From Octopus sinensis (lineage: Eukaryota): DNA of 64,000 nt. Positions 1 through 12,425 of the stretch are shown here, in pieces (positions within the stretch are counted from its first letter, which is position 1; every line of letters starts with the position of its first letter). The notes beneath the pieces are model-generated. The model saw only the letters and a program-made list of their open reading frames with translations. It made no database searches and had not been told where the DNA came from. The DNA lies in the NCBI RefSeq assembly GCF_006345805.1, contig NC_042998.1, forward strand, positions 29,078,001 through 29,142,000, read 5' to 3'. The translations under genes and the position numbers were made by a program.

Positions 1-438
1 CTAAATCATATGTAGTTCGAGATGTATCCACTTCCGTTACAGTTTCCAGCTCATCATCCACTTTGGTCTCAGGTCTACCATGGGGCTGATTTTCAAGATT
101 AAAGTCACCAGACCGGAACTTCTCAAACCATTGGCATACAGTGTGCTCATTTGCCACATCTTCACTAAATACCTCAATCAAGCTGTCTGAGAAGTATTTG
201 TTCCATGACGGAACTTGTATAAATAACATCAATTTTTGATCTCCCCATGGGTTCACAAAAATTGATTTACAACAGAAAACTCGCAATATAATCAGAACCA
301 TGAATTGCATTTCGAAAAGTGATGATGGAACTCTTCAATGTTGTAAAACAAAGAATTCTCATGATAAAAACATCAGAGTTAACGACTGTCAAACTTGGTG
401 CATAAGAAAATCGGACATTTCATTCCTAATAACCTTAA
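1..438 (-). mobile_element. Mariner (Tc1/mariner) element 5' part, degenerate transposase N-terminal HTH; truncated by window edge
   Basis: Minus strand from ATG at 248 reads, with frameshifts, MGRSKIDVIY..KFRHGTNTSQTA / IEVFSEDVANEHTVCQWFEKFRSGDFNLENQPHGRPETKVDDELETVTEVDTSRTTYDL. This matches the mariner 'WFxKFRSGDFxLExxxxGRP' motif. A TIR-like end (~410-438) abuts a TA run. Confidence 0.85.
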
Positions 439-469
439 ATATATATATATATATATACAATGTATAAGT

Positions 470-720
470 GAGGGCATATGACTTGGTGGTTAGAGTGTTG
501 CACTTGTGATCTAGTGATCATGAGTTCAATTCCCAGACTGGGTGGTGTGTCATGTTCTTGAGTAAATCACTTCATCTTGCATTGCTCTGCAACCACTTTG
601 ACACCTGACACGTGGTACACCGTGAACTTGTTCAGATAATGTTGATTTCATGGAAGAAGTGAGCTAAAGTGTGGCATGAACGTTTGATCACTATAAACAA
701 AACATTTGTTCCGTTTGTTT
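470..720 (+). mobile_element. Old tRNA-derived SINE
   Basis: A-box-like TGACTTGGTGGTTAG and B-box GAGTTCAATTCCC, followed by a 'gttcttgagtaaatcacttcatct' core-like segment; head resembles the copy at 39220-39546. Confidence 0.6.
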
Positions 721-2804
721 GGCAAAAAGCTGAATGCTTCTATGTCACCTTTGATAGGAGAGTCTATCATACACACACACACACACACATACATGCACTT
801 GGAGTTACAAACCAAAGAATACCATGTAAGAAATTTTCTTTAGAAACAGCTAAAATTTCACCCCGTTGCTACTCAAATTCTACTCACTACAAGCTATTGT
901 TCAGACATAGCAACATGAATCATCAGCTGTTTCGAAATGTGTGCATGTATATATGTATGTATATGCAGAAATGCTATATTTGCTGTTACTCAGTTGAACA
1001 ATATTGTTTTTTTTAATTACATTTATTTATTTAAAATTTTCTTTACAACAAATACATTTCTAATGAAAAACCATCATAATGGCATTTGTTGTTGCCTTCT
1101 ATGTATTTTATTATTGATTTAATTCAATGCTTGTAAACTCATACATACAAAGTTGTTTGTTATGGTGTTTGATTTGCTAAGAAAATATGTGCATGTGTGT
1201 AGCAAATTATTTTTGGCAATGAAAAGTAGGTGAACATCTGTGAAACTTTTACTATCAAATAACACAAGGTCTTTCCTAATTTTACCTGCAATCAGCTATA
1301 TCCTCAACTCAGAATACAGCTCAAGAGATGTCTTTAAAATAATGTAACAAAATTGGTCATCATTCTGTACTTTGATATTTTTCAAGATAATTTTATTAAT
1401 TTTTGTAAGTAAAATTGAGCAGTGTTTATTAAGAAAAGATTTATAAGTAGACAGCTGTGAGTTAAGCATAACTAAAATTATGAGGGAGTTTTACAATATA
1501 TATTAAATAACTGAATATTCTTTAGAAATTTTTTAAAGGCAATATGAACATTTTGATTTAGAAGTAGTTTTGCTTTTCTTTGTATCATGTATTAATATTT
1601 GAGAAAAGTTCAATATCAAATAATCATTATGTATTAGGTGGTTTAAGTTGTGATAGCACAACAATGGAAACTTAGTTAAAACCAATTCAATTGTAGTAAA
1701 ATAAACTAACTGAATATCTTAACTGGGTTATGACTGGAAATTATTTATATTAGAGTGATTATTCTAAAAATTTGCTTTCGATAAAAAATTTTTTAAAAAA
1801 CTTGATGTTAGTATTTTACCACAACCAATTATTCTCAAATGTATTTGCACGAAATATTCAGATTGTACTTCAGTAACTATTTTTATCATTTATGCAATCG
1901 TACAAACACTCCACTTCTATCTTATACAGAGGCAGCCACTTCAACTGCTCTATCGCAAATGTTTGTCAAAGAATATATATCACTCATGAATTTTTTTTTT
2001 TTTTTTGCTTTTTACGTAACATTTTGATTCCAACTACAATAATGTTCGTTCTAACTAATTTATGAATTTCATTAGCGTTCTGTTCACCATGCGTATTGTC
2101 TTCTCAAAAAGTGTTTCCTATAAACCGCTACGATAACTTCCATTTTTTTTTAAAGAACTAATACATTGAATTTAAAATATTTTAGGAAAAGAGTTTTCCT
2201 GGCATTTTTTAAAACGAGTTTCTCTTTCCTTTATATATTCAAGGTTTGCTTGTTTTATTCAGAAACTATCATGTGAATATTTTATGTTGTCAATTTTTTT
2301 TTTATTTTTGATTATTAGTTTTGAATGTTTATATAAATATATATACACACACATATATACATATATGTGTAAGTATAATATATATATATAGATAGATTTA
2401 TATCCACATGCTTATATATAAATATATATATCCACATGCTTATATATATATGTATGTATGTATGTATTATATAGTTTGTGTGTGCGTGTGTTATTTTAGT
2501 TTATTGTTTGACTAGAAATGCATGATTGCTGATGGAAAGTTTACATTGCATTCATTTATGATTTGGTAGTATATTTAGAATTTTTAGTTGGTATGTTCGC
2601 ATTTTGTATTTTGTATATTTGGCATTGCAGTCCTGTTCTCCTTGTTTTATTTTTTTTTCCTTCTTCTGTTCAACTGTGTATATCATATGTGTGCTTTAAA
2701 AGCTATAAAAACTAAAAAAAAAAAAAAAATATATATATAGTAAAACTTATATTGTAAATGTAGTCTAATGTGGTGATTTTTTGCTTCTTTTCATTTTTTT
2801 CCAG

Positions 2805-2908
2805 AATTTCCTACAAACTTAAGTGATCTCACCTCCAAAGTCTCGGAATTGCCGCAAAAAATGGCGGCAAGTGTAGGGGAGGTTACTGAGAAGTGTTCAT
2901 TGCAGTGA
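2805..2908 (+). CDS. cplx: Terminal coding exon of complexin (synaphin), C-terminal CaaX box
   Basis: Polypyrimidine tract + CAG acceptor (2777-2804). Phase-1 exon reads (x)FPTNLSDLTSKVSELPQKMAASVGEVTEKCSLQ* (TGA 2906-2908). It closely matches the squid synaphin/complexin C-terminus as I recall it; not database-checked. Missed by the ORF track. Upstream exons lie outside the window. Confidence 0.82.
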
Positions 2909-3637
2909 ATGTGGGCCAATCTGTAAGTGCTGAAATCAGTCAGTCATCAACAGACTGTGTGTTGTAGTGCATGTTAATACTGTAGCCAACAGCATCCCCT
3001 AACGTAGTAAATGCTCATTATCACTTAATTTTATCAACCTAGTTCTAGAGATATTCATAAGCAGATTTGTAGTTATTGTCATTTCCATACATATTTTTTT
3101 GTAGTGGATTTTGCATTCTTTCTTTGAAAAAGTATTATTTGCATAAGTCTATTTATATTTATCTGTATTGTACACTACTCATGAAATTCCAATTCAGAAC
3201 TGAAATGGTCATCTCCATGTCTTAGAAAGCCAACTTATACAATCCTCGAATCAAAATTATGAGAATGAGGCTAAGTTTCTCGCTTAGGAATTGTTAGCTA
3301 TTTTTTTCTTTCTCAGATTTCTCTTAAAATACCTCAATTAGTTTCAGAAAACTGTAATTGGATTCAACCTTTTTTTCACAGTATCTTAGATGCATATCTA
3401 TTTGGTTATTATGTTTTAATTACTTCTAGTTAGAATTATTTGTTTCTTATTTTGCCTTCGTCGTTATTATGAGGGTAGATATTTTGGCTTATGTGATTTC
3501 TTCATATAAATTCCATATCAACTGCCATTCATTCTTTATATATATATACATACATATATGTATATAAATATATATGTGTGTGTGTGTGTATATATATATA
3601 TTCATATATATATATTTGTGTGTGTTTCATATATTTA

Positions 3638-4027
3638 CTAGCAGTATTGCCCGGCATTGCTCGGGTTTGTTTCGACCCTTGAAAATTGGAATTTTTGTAA
3701 AGTAAAAATTTTGCATTATGTAGCTTGTTATTCTCTTTAAGTGAACATTTTTATGGTTGAAATACACCGAAAAATGGCGACACAGCAGTCAAAAAATCAT
3801 AAAAAATTTGGATTTTCATAGAAAAAAAGCACCTTTTTGGTGTAAATAATTTTTGGTGTTAACATGGTCCGATTTGAATTTTTTTCTTCTACGAAAGGAA
3901 GAGCAAGCCTTCTATCATACTCTCAATTTTGGTCAACTTGCGCTGCAGGGTCTCGGAGGAGATAGTGTTAGTTGAAGGCTACCAAACCTGCCATACACAG
4001 ACAACTTCAGCTTTATATATAGAGAGA
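3638..4027 (-). mobile_element. Non-autonomous Helitron (~390 bp)
   Basis: Minus strand starts A|TC(TCTCTATATATAAAG) and ends with GC-rich hairpin CCCGAGCAATGCCGGG, 8 nt, then CTAG|T. These are canonical 5'-TC / 3'-CTAG termini in an AT target with no TSD. Confidence 0.85.
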
Positions 4028-6670
4028 TTACACCAACAGTGCGAGAGAGAGAAAGAAAGCAAAAGTCATGTGGATAGGACAGTTGATAAGAGTTTCTATT
4101 TCATATTTCTAGTTTCACAATTGTTAAATTCTACTTTAAAAATCTTAGTGCATTCTTTTAGAGACTTGTCTGGGAGTTAAATTTTTTTTCTCATTAAGTT
4201 GTTATAATTTCAACAACTTTAATTCTTATCCTTGTGTCATACGTTTTTAATTACATGCAATTTAGTATATCTTATAAGTTATCTGATAATGACTTAATTT
4301 CTTTACTAAAAACTATCAGATAAATTTTACAATAGATAAATTTTATGCTGTGATGTCTCCAAACAGAAGAAGTTTGCTTTACTATATATGAAATATTTCG
4401 AAATTGATGATTAATTGAAATGCAATTAAAAAAATATTCAAGGATGATATTGACGATTCAAATAGATTTCCAATTGAAACATCTTGAAATTTCTTAATTA
4501 TAAAGATGCAAACAGTGACTTTTAGTTTTTAGATATTATAGTTAATTATTAAACTGAATCCATGATTCCACTATAAGAAACTTCTGGATCATTTCATTTT
4601 AACAATAATAGATAAATTCAAAAAATTAAATTTTGTTTAGTTCCTAGTTATCCTGGAAACAAGTTTATTCTAATGAAAACATTTTAAAAAATCTATAAAC
4701 TACTTCACATTTATATAGAATTAATATGGCGCTTAAGAAGTGTAGTTTCAGATATTTGGTATGATTTCTGTATGCTCTCAATGGTACAGCTATCTTAATT
4801 GTTTCGCAAGGGAAGTAATTGTCTTCTGTGCTCAGGTCTTTGTTTGATTTGGATTTGATAATAGTAATTTCTCATGGCTTTTAATTTGATTTGATTTGCT
4901 GTGGCAGGAATCCTTACATAAGGAAAGATTTTGCTCAAATTGAAAAGAAGATATTCTATGTATACATCAGCACCATATGTATTATTAAGAATTAAAAACT
5001 AGAAAATGTTAAGTTAATGGCACCTATTAAATTTCAAGTACCATCGTGTACAGTAGCGCTTAACAAAAATAAATAGTTGAAAATTAGATGTAAACAATCT
5101 GAATAAGAGTAGATAAATTATTTTCTTTTTCTTTGGAAATATCATGTGTTAAGAAAAAAATTTTGCGAATATTTTTTTTCTTTCAGGAACAAATTTTTAG
5201 AATATTTGTTAAAGTGATAAGAATGCCAACCTAGCATTCTGTATTATTATTTATAAATTTTTTTGTTGAGGTTCATTAAAAAAGTAGTGTATAAGGAAAA
5301 CATCCTGAAAATAATAGAGTTCCGTTCCTAAAGGGGATTCTTTTCAATCATTTTTTTTAATTAAATTTTTTCTCCAATTAAGTTCCTCTTATGTATAATA
5401 TGCCTAAAACTTGAAGTAATTGAAATACATTTATTATCAAATGTTTTAATGTAGGTGGTATGTTAGAATTTTACATAGAAATAATTATATTTTTGTCTTC
5501 AAGCAGTTGTTGCAATTTATTGCCATCAATCTATTAAAAATATATATATAATTAAAAAAAGAAATTAATCGGATTAATAGCAAAAAGTATTTTTCAAATA
5601 AATGGAAAATTTGGAATTTCTATCAGTATTTCTTCCAAGGAGATTTTATTTAAAAAAAATGCATCATTAGATTCACGCTTATGATTTACACTTCTCAATG
5701 TGTTTGTGCACACCAAAATACACTTTTACATGTTCACGCTGTTTAAAAAAAAACAGGAGCAGTGATGTATGCATGTTATTATATATGTACACTTCTGCCC
5801 ACATTATATCTGGAATTATCTTCATATTTTCAATGATATTTTCTATCACAAATGCATTGTAAGTATAAGCACGAAATGTATGGTCCATTAATTTAATTTT
5901 GCTTTATATTTTATAGTGAATGTAGTATTGTATTGTTTATATCTGATTTTATTTGATATTTTTAGCATATTGTAATGTGCAACTCATTGGAAAACTTATT
6001 TCTTTTCGTAAATATACTCATGTCCACAAATGCAGACACACAAAATGTATGTGTATGTGTGTGTTAAAGCACACCAACTAACTTGCATTAGGACTTTTTA
6101 AGTAGCTTTGCAAAGAAAGGCAAGAACTTCTGACTATTGATTCTTTGTCAGTTTTTTAAATATTGATCACAGTAATTCACATTTTGCCATTTACTTAAAT
6201 TGAAGATTCTCATTTTATACAACTACATATCATTCATAGCAAACATCTGAATCTTCTGTCTTCATTTACGTGAAGAACTAAGCCATCTTGATAGTTCTCA
6301 CACATTTATTTTATTAAATATAAAATGATTGAGATAATAGAAATATTTACTTTTAGAAAATCCAATAACTGAGGATGATTGTCTGAGAATACATTTGTAT
6401 ATCAAAGTGGCAATTTTCATTTTACTTATTATCAGCTTTCAACATTTCGGTGTTACAGTTAACTTCAGATAATTTTTTATATCAATGAATTTTTTAAATT
6501 TCTGCTGTAATTCAGTATATTCCATGCATTTACTTTGAGTGCTTTAGAAAACAATTTATAGAATATTTCAAATATCTAGATAGACTTATTGCAATAGTGA
6601 AAAGAAAGCTGTTACACAATCAGAATCTAATGAAAGTATACTGGGAATATTCCAAATTAGGTAAATATCA

Positions 6671-6926
6671 AAGTGCGCCAATTTGTGGTAGCTGGCAATA
6701 TGACGTAATGTCATATTGCCGAAGAAATATTATTGTCGTTTTTCCATTGGTTAATATAACTGCTCAACTTGACTTTAAAGAATCGAAATTATGTACAAAT
6801 ATTCTTTAACTAATTCTTAGAATTCCTATGTGAGCAGTTATATTAACCAATGGAAAAACGACAATAATATTTCTTTGGCAATACGACATTACATCATATT
6901 GCCAGCTACCACAAATTGGCGCACTT
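6671..6926. repeat. Long inverted repeat: 96-bp arms (6671-6766 / 6831-6926), 64-nt spacer
   Basis: Arms are reverse complements with 3 mismatches out of 96. Confidence 0.95.
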
Positions 6927-8746
6927 ATTTAAAAATGGCTACTTGGTACAAGAGCAAAGCTTTTGTTGGTAGAACTGGATCTAAATATGTCAGTCTTTAA
7001 CCAACCATTATTAACGGGGCTGTAATGAACGTTCATGCAACAGTTTCATTAATTTATGTTAAGTGAACACATATGAGCGGCCAACTTCTCACAAAATTAC
7101 AAAACTATTTCCAACTCTCTTGTAAATAATACCAATGACCTAATAATATTGCAAATTATATCTCTGATATAGCAATACATATCAAATATCTATATATATA
7201 TATACATACATACATTCAGCACTAAAAAGCATGGCTTGAATTTTGATTTCTGCAACTATATTCATTTTGATGATTTTGTTTTCATTTCCTTTGCTTGCTA
7301 ACATTATAAATTTTCATTTTAGATATCTTGTTTGGATTGAGTACTATGTTATTAATAACTGCCTTTAGTGATATTTTATTCATTGATGAATAATATTTTT
7401 ATTTTAGTTGACTTCTTATAACCCAACAAATATTGCTGCCACAAACTACTCTAGCAAATCTCAAGCTTTTAACTCGAGAACTCATTATAAACATTATTTC
7501 AAATTGATTTCTCTGATTCTTCTGAAAAAATATATAATACAAATTTTTAAGTATTGCTATAAAACACTTAATTGATTAAAAAGCTAATTTATTGAAGTGT
7601 TAACTATTACTAGACATATGAAGGTGGCAAATACAGTAATGGTTTAGAACTAACAATATCTGTTACATTCTGAGTTCAAATACTCCCGGACTTAACCTTA
7701 AGTATCATTAAATATCATCTTTCAAATATGAGTATAATCATTATACTCATGTATTTGTGGTAGGTTCAATTCTCAATAATATTTTTTCATAGAAATATAG
7801 TTATGCCTTGTCAGTTATTAATTTTTTTTTCTATAGATAGTAAATAATAGAAAGTGAAGTATGTTAATATTGTTTTTAGATATTTCTTTATATTCTTAGT
7901 TTTATCAACCATGGAATTTTTCTGTAGTTAGTAAAGTAAACACCTGAATATAGTGGAGGCAATTTGATGTGCCTACCCCTTCACCAATAAGACAAATATA
8001 GTTTCTAGAAAACCTTTCAAAGCAATCAGGAGGTATTTTAATGAAACTAATAACAATGAAATAACTAAAAGAAAATACAAACTAATTATTCTATTATCTT
8101 AGAAATATGATTTTTTTTATGTCATAAATTCTTCATTGAAAACAAATTTTATTTTCAATATTATGAAAGATAATAGATTAAATATTTAAACAATAAATTC
8201 TTCTGGTGAAGAAAATAAAAATCAAGTGTATATTATTACTGTAGTCATAAAAATAAAGCTGTTAAAATAAGAAAAAATTTACAAAATAAAACACTATTTT
8301 TACTGCTCTCTACTTAAAATTAAAGTTAGCATTTCTCTTTCAAATTCTCAGGAATTGATAAAATGAATACCCGTAATACACTTCAGGGACACAGTCTACT
8401 ATACATTTTCCATTTATAATTATTCCTATGCTTAGCTTAAACAAATCAATATTGACAGATGCAACTAAGGCAACACCAGTAATGACAAGAATAGTGTAGT
8501 GGTATTTCTAATATCAAATAAAATTTAATGTACATTCAGGATTTCAACATTAAGCAGAATAGTTACTTAAATCTTAGCTGTTATTATACTTGCCACCACT
8601 TTTATGTAAATTTATGTTTCACAGTTGATAAGAATAAAGGCTTTATAACGATATATTAACTTGGATATCAAAGATTTCAAATTTGACTTGAATGAACCTG
8701 TTCTATTTTAAACACTGTTCGTTGAACTTGGCTACATTCATTTCAA

Positions 8747-9143
8747 TACTCTTTCACTTGTTAGTCATTTGAATTTGGCCATGCTGGAGCACCACCTTTA
8801 GTCGAGCAAATCGACCCAAGGATGTATTCTTTGTAAGCCTAGTACTTATGCTATTGGTCTGTTTTGCCAAACCACTAAGTTACAGGGACATAACCACACC
8901 AGCATCAGTTGTCAAGCGATGTTGGGAGGACAAACACAGACACACAAACACACACATATATATATATATATACAAATACTTATGCATGACGGGCTTCTTT
9001 CAGTTTCTGTCTACCAAATTCACTCACAGGTCGGCCCGAGGCTATAATAGAAGACACTTGCCCAAGGTACCGTGCAGTGGGACTGAACCAGGAGCCATGT
9101 GGTTGGAAAGTAAGCTACTTACCACACAGTCACTCCTGCGCCT
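8747..9143 (-). mobile_element. SINE family B (tRNA head, internal microsatellite, 'ccagcatggccacagtcaaatgactgaaac' tail)
   Basis: Colinear with about 8 other copies in the window. Confidence 0.9.
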
Positions 9144-9288
9144 ATAATACATACATCATAAAAAATAGTGTGAAAATTCTACTACTGTTGCACCTGAAAA
9201 TGATAGTAATTTCAGTTTAATCTGTAGGAAGCATCAATTTATTTGTACTTCTACTCATATTATTGTCTTAATATCTAAAAACTTTCAA

Positions 9289-9498
9289 GGTGGCGAGCTG
9301 GCAGAAATGTTAGCATGCTGGGTGAAAGGCTTAGCAGTATTTCGTCTGTCATTATGTTCTGAGTTCAAATTCAGCTGAGGCCGACTTGCCTTTCATCCTT
9401 TCAGTGTTGATAAATAAAGTACCAGTTGTGTACTGGGGTTGATCTAACTGACTGTGCCCCCTCCCTCAAAATTTTGGGCCTTGTGCCTAGAGTAGAAA
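9289..9498 (+). mobile_element. SINE family A, tail type A1
   Basis: Head ggtggcgagctggcagaa...gttctgagttcaaatt, core gcctttcatcc...gataaa, tail ccccctccctcaaaattttgggccttgtgcctagagtagaaa. Confidence 0.9.
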
Positions 9499-9519
9499 TG
9501 TATATTAAAAAGTTATGAT

Positions 9520-9880
9520 AGGTGCAGGAGTGACAGTGTGGTAAGTAGCTTGCTTACCAACCACATGGTTCCGGGTTCAGTCCCACTGCATGGCACCTTG
9601 GGCAAGTGTCTTCTACTATAGCCTTGGGCCAACCAAAGCTTTGTGAGTGGATTATATGACAGAAACTGAAAGAAGCCTGCTGTATGTCTGTGTGTGTGTT
9701 TGTCTCCCCAACATTGCTTGACAACCGATGCTGGTGTGTTTACGTCCCCGTAACTTAGCGGTTTGGCAAAAGTGACTGATAGAATAAGTACTAGGTTCAC
9801 AAGGAATAAGTCCGGGGGGGTCAATTTGCTCAACTCCAGCATGGCTACAGTCAAATGACTGAAACAAGTAAAAGAGTAAA
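9520..9880 (+). mobile_element. SINE family B
   Basis: Full head-to-tail copy ending in (gtaaaaga) repeats. Confidence 0.9.
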
Positions 9881-10293
9881 ATACAGTAAAAAACAAGAGT
9901 ATTGTAAAATGGTAAACTACAAATTGGTATAAAAATTTGGATAAGAACCAATATTAACTCACCAATTTTGTCCTGATTATCTATTGTTAGCTTTGAATCC
10001 ATAGAGGGCTGAAAATAAAATAAAAATGATGATAGAGTTAGTGGAGAAAAATGTAATATATAAAGTAAGACTTAACATAAATTTTCTATGAATTTAGAGC
10101 TTTGGGATAAAGTGAATAATAGTTATAAAATTAATTGTCTATACAACTTTCAGATAAAAAAAAATGATCTAGTAAGTATTCAGATAAACTAGAGGCCATT
10201 TGAATAAAATAGGGGATTAAAGTTCAATGGAAGAAATTTTCAATTTTAATATTGAAATAAGGTTGCCGTGCTTTTTCTATTTCCCCTTCCTAG

Positions 10294-10610
10294 TCATCAT
10301 CATCGTTTAACGTCCGTTTTCCATGCTAGCATGGGTTGGGCGGTTTGACAGTCTGGGAAGCCAGAAGGCTGCACCAGGCTCCAGTCTGATCTGGCAGTGT
10401 TTCTACAGTTGGATGCCCTTCCTAACGCCAACCACTCCATGAGTGTAGTGGGTGCTTTTTACGTGCCACCAGCACAGATGTCAGGCGAGGCTGGCATTGG
10501 CCATGTAAGGATGGTGCTTTTTACGTGCCACTGGCACAGGGATCACAACTGCAATTTCTATTGATGTACTTGATGTACTTGACTCAATAGGTCTCCTCAA
10601 GCACAGGGTC
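10294..10610 (-). mobile_element. Family C retroposon 3' end with (GAT)n tail (RTE-type tail)
   Basis: Reverse complement of the 18350-18497 segment 'gtggttggcattaggaagggcatccagc...gttaaatgatgatgatga'. Confidence 0.75.
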
Positions 10611-11585
10611 GAAACGGTGTTTCTTTACTTGCCACCTGAAATCTGAGTATCGCTGTTGCAGTTGTGAAGAGTGAGAATTTCAAATACTTTCAAAAGAGGG
10701 AAAATATTGGCAGCGAAATGTTAGTGTAGCTAATAGCAAGGAGTAGAATATGTGGAGACGTATCAAGTTCTATAATGATGCAATTATTGAATGAATCAAA
10801 TCTATTCGATATGTTGCTTAATAGCAGGTTTGGCAACAAACAGGAGAATATAATTGGCAAGTAAGAGAACTGAAGATATCATGGATAATTTTGAATAGTA
10901 ATAAAATGAAATAAATAAGTTTGTAAATGGAAAGAAAAAATTCGGTGCAGCAATAACAAAAATACATAAAGGTATAAGTTCCTCAATGGATTAAGAATTT
11001 TATTGATAAGAAAATTTTTCAGAATGGGATGATAGAAAACTATGAAGTAATGGAAGTTTAATTAGACATAGTGAATAGAGCTAGTGTATTAAAAATCTGG
11101 CTAAAAATATACTGCCACTTCATTAAATGAATTTAATTGTAGCCTTCAGATTTAAAGATTGCTTTGATGAACCATTATTCAAATGAAATATATCTCTAAG
11201 AATTATTGATTGGATTATGGAAACTGATTCTGTCAAAAGTTATTCTTGCTAAAAGCAGTTGTGTGTAGGGAAAAAAATCCATTAATTATAATGGTAAAAA
11301 ACATTGCTTTTGGTAAAATATAATTCAGGTGAATGCTACTTCATGTAAATGATGGATCTGATGCAAAAAAATATGCTTGGTTCAAGAGGAAGCTGGTTCT
11401 CAGAAAAAGTTGTATTTAGTGATGGTTATTTTAAAACAGGAATTCTATTTTAAGACACATTGCTAAATAGATGCATACAAATAGTTCTGATTGTTGATCA
11501 GTAATGAGAGCATAAGATTGTTGTAATGTGCAATTAGAACCATTATTCCTGACCAAGTCTGAAGTATAGTCAACAGCTTGTTGAC

Positions 11586-11682
11586 AAAGAATAAGCTCTG
11601 GGGTCATTTTGCTCAACTAAAGGCAGTGCTCCAGCATGGCCACAGTCAAATGACTGAAACAAATAAAAGAGTAAAAGAATAA
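11586..11682 (+). mobile_element. SINE family B 3' fragment
   Basis: Tail 'gcagtgctccagcatggccacagtcaaatgactgaaacaaataaaagagtaaaaga'. Confidence 0.8.
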
Positions 11683-12189
11683 ATGACAAAAGAAAATGCT
11701 CAAATTTGTCAATGAGTAAAATAATTCATTTGATATTGTCATGAGATGATGTGAAACAATGAATATTGGAAGAGTTTAATAAAGTCTAGTGAATGGTGTT
11801 ATCCCATTAAGCATTCTAAAATATTGTTACTTCAAATGTCTGCTTAATTAGGTCATGTAGGTATCATGTAGGCAGTCATTATTTTCTGGTTGTCTATCTT
11901 TGCAAATTAGGCTGTGAGAATACATTCTTTCTGATGGTTTGATATGGTTTCTTGAATTAATTCGGAACCATATTGGTGTTCTTTTATCATTCTTGAAGAT
12001 GATGATTTGATTTGAACTGAGAAAAATGAAATTGCACATTATAGTCCATTGTGAAAACATTTATTATCAATTGCTTTAGCAATGACAAATTTGGGAATTT
12101 TCTTTAGTCATTGACATGCCTTTGCTCCTTCAACCACCCTCGTGTACCATGTATGAGCATAACACATTGAATAACATAGATAATATCGA

Positions 12190-12425
12190 TGTGGAGGCAC
12201 AATGGCCCAGTGGTTAGGGCAGCAGACTCGTGGTCAGGGGATCGCGATTTCGATTCCCAGACAGGGTGGTTTTCGCCCCAACTTTCTCTCACTCTTTCTT
12301 CCTGTTTCTTGAGTAATGCTGCGATGGACTGGCGTCCCATCCAGCTGGGGGAACACATATGCCATAGAAACCAGGTAACCAGGTCCATGAGCCTGGCTAG
12401 GCTAGGAAAGGGTGCATAAGAAAAA
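12190..12425 (+). mobile_element. tRNA-derived SINE with V-domain-like core
   Basis: A box TGGCCCAGTGG and B-box-like ATTTCGATTCCC; contains 'ctgcgatggactggcgtcccatccag', resembling the V-SINE domain as recalled; A-rich end. Confidence 0.6.

Noticed and set aside
8848-10002. ORFs such as HLPKVPCSGTEPG recurring at many SINE B and A copies
   Set aside because: Chance open frames in SINE consensus sequences.
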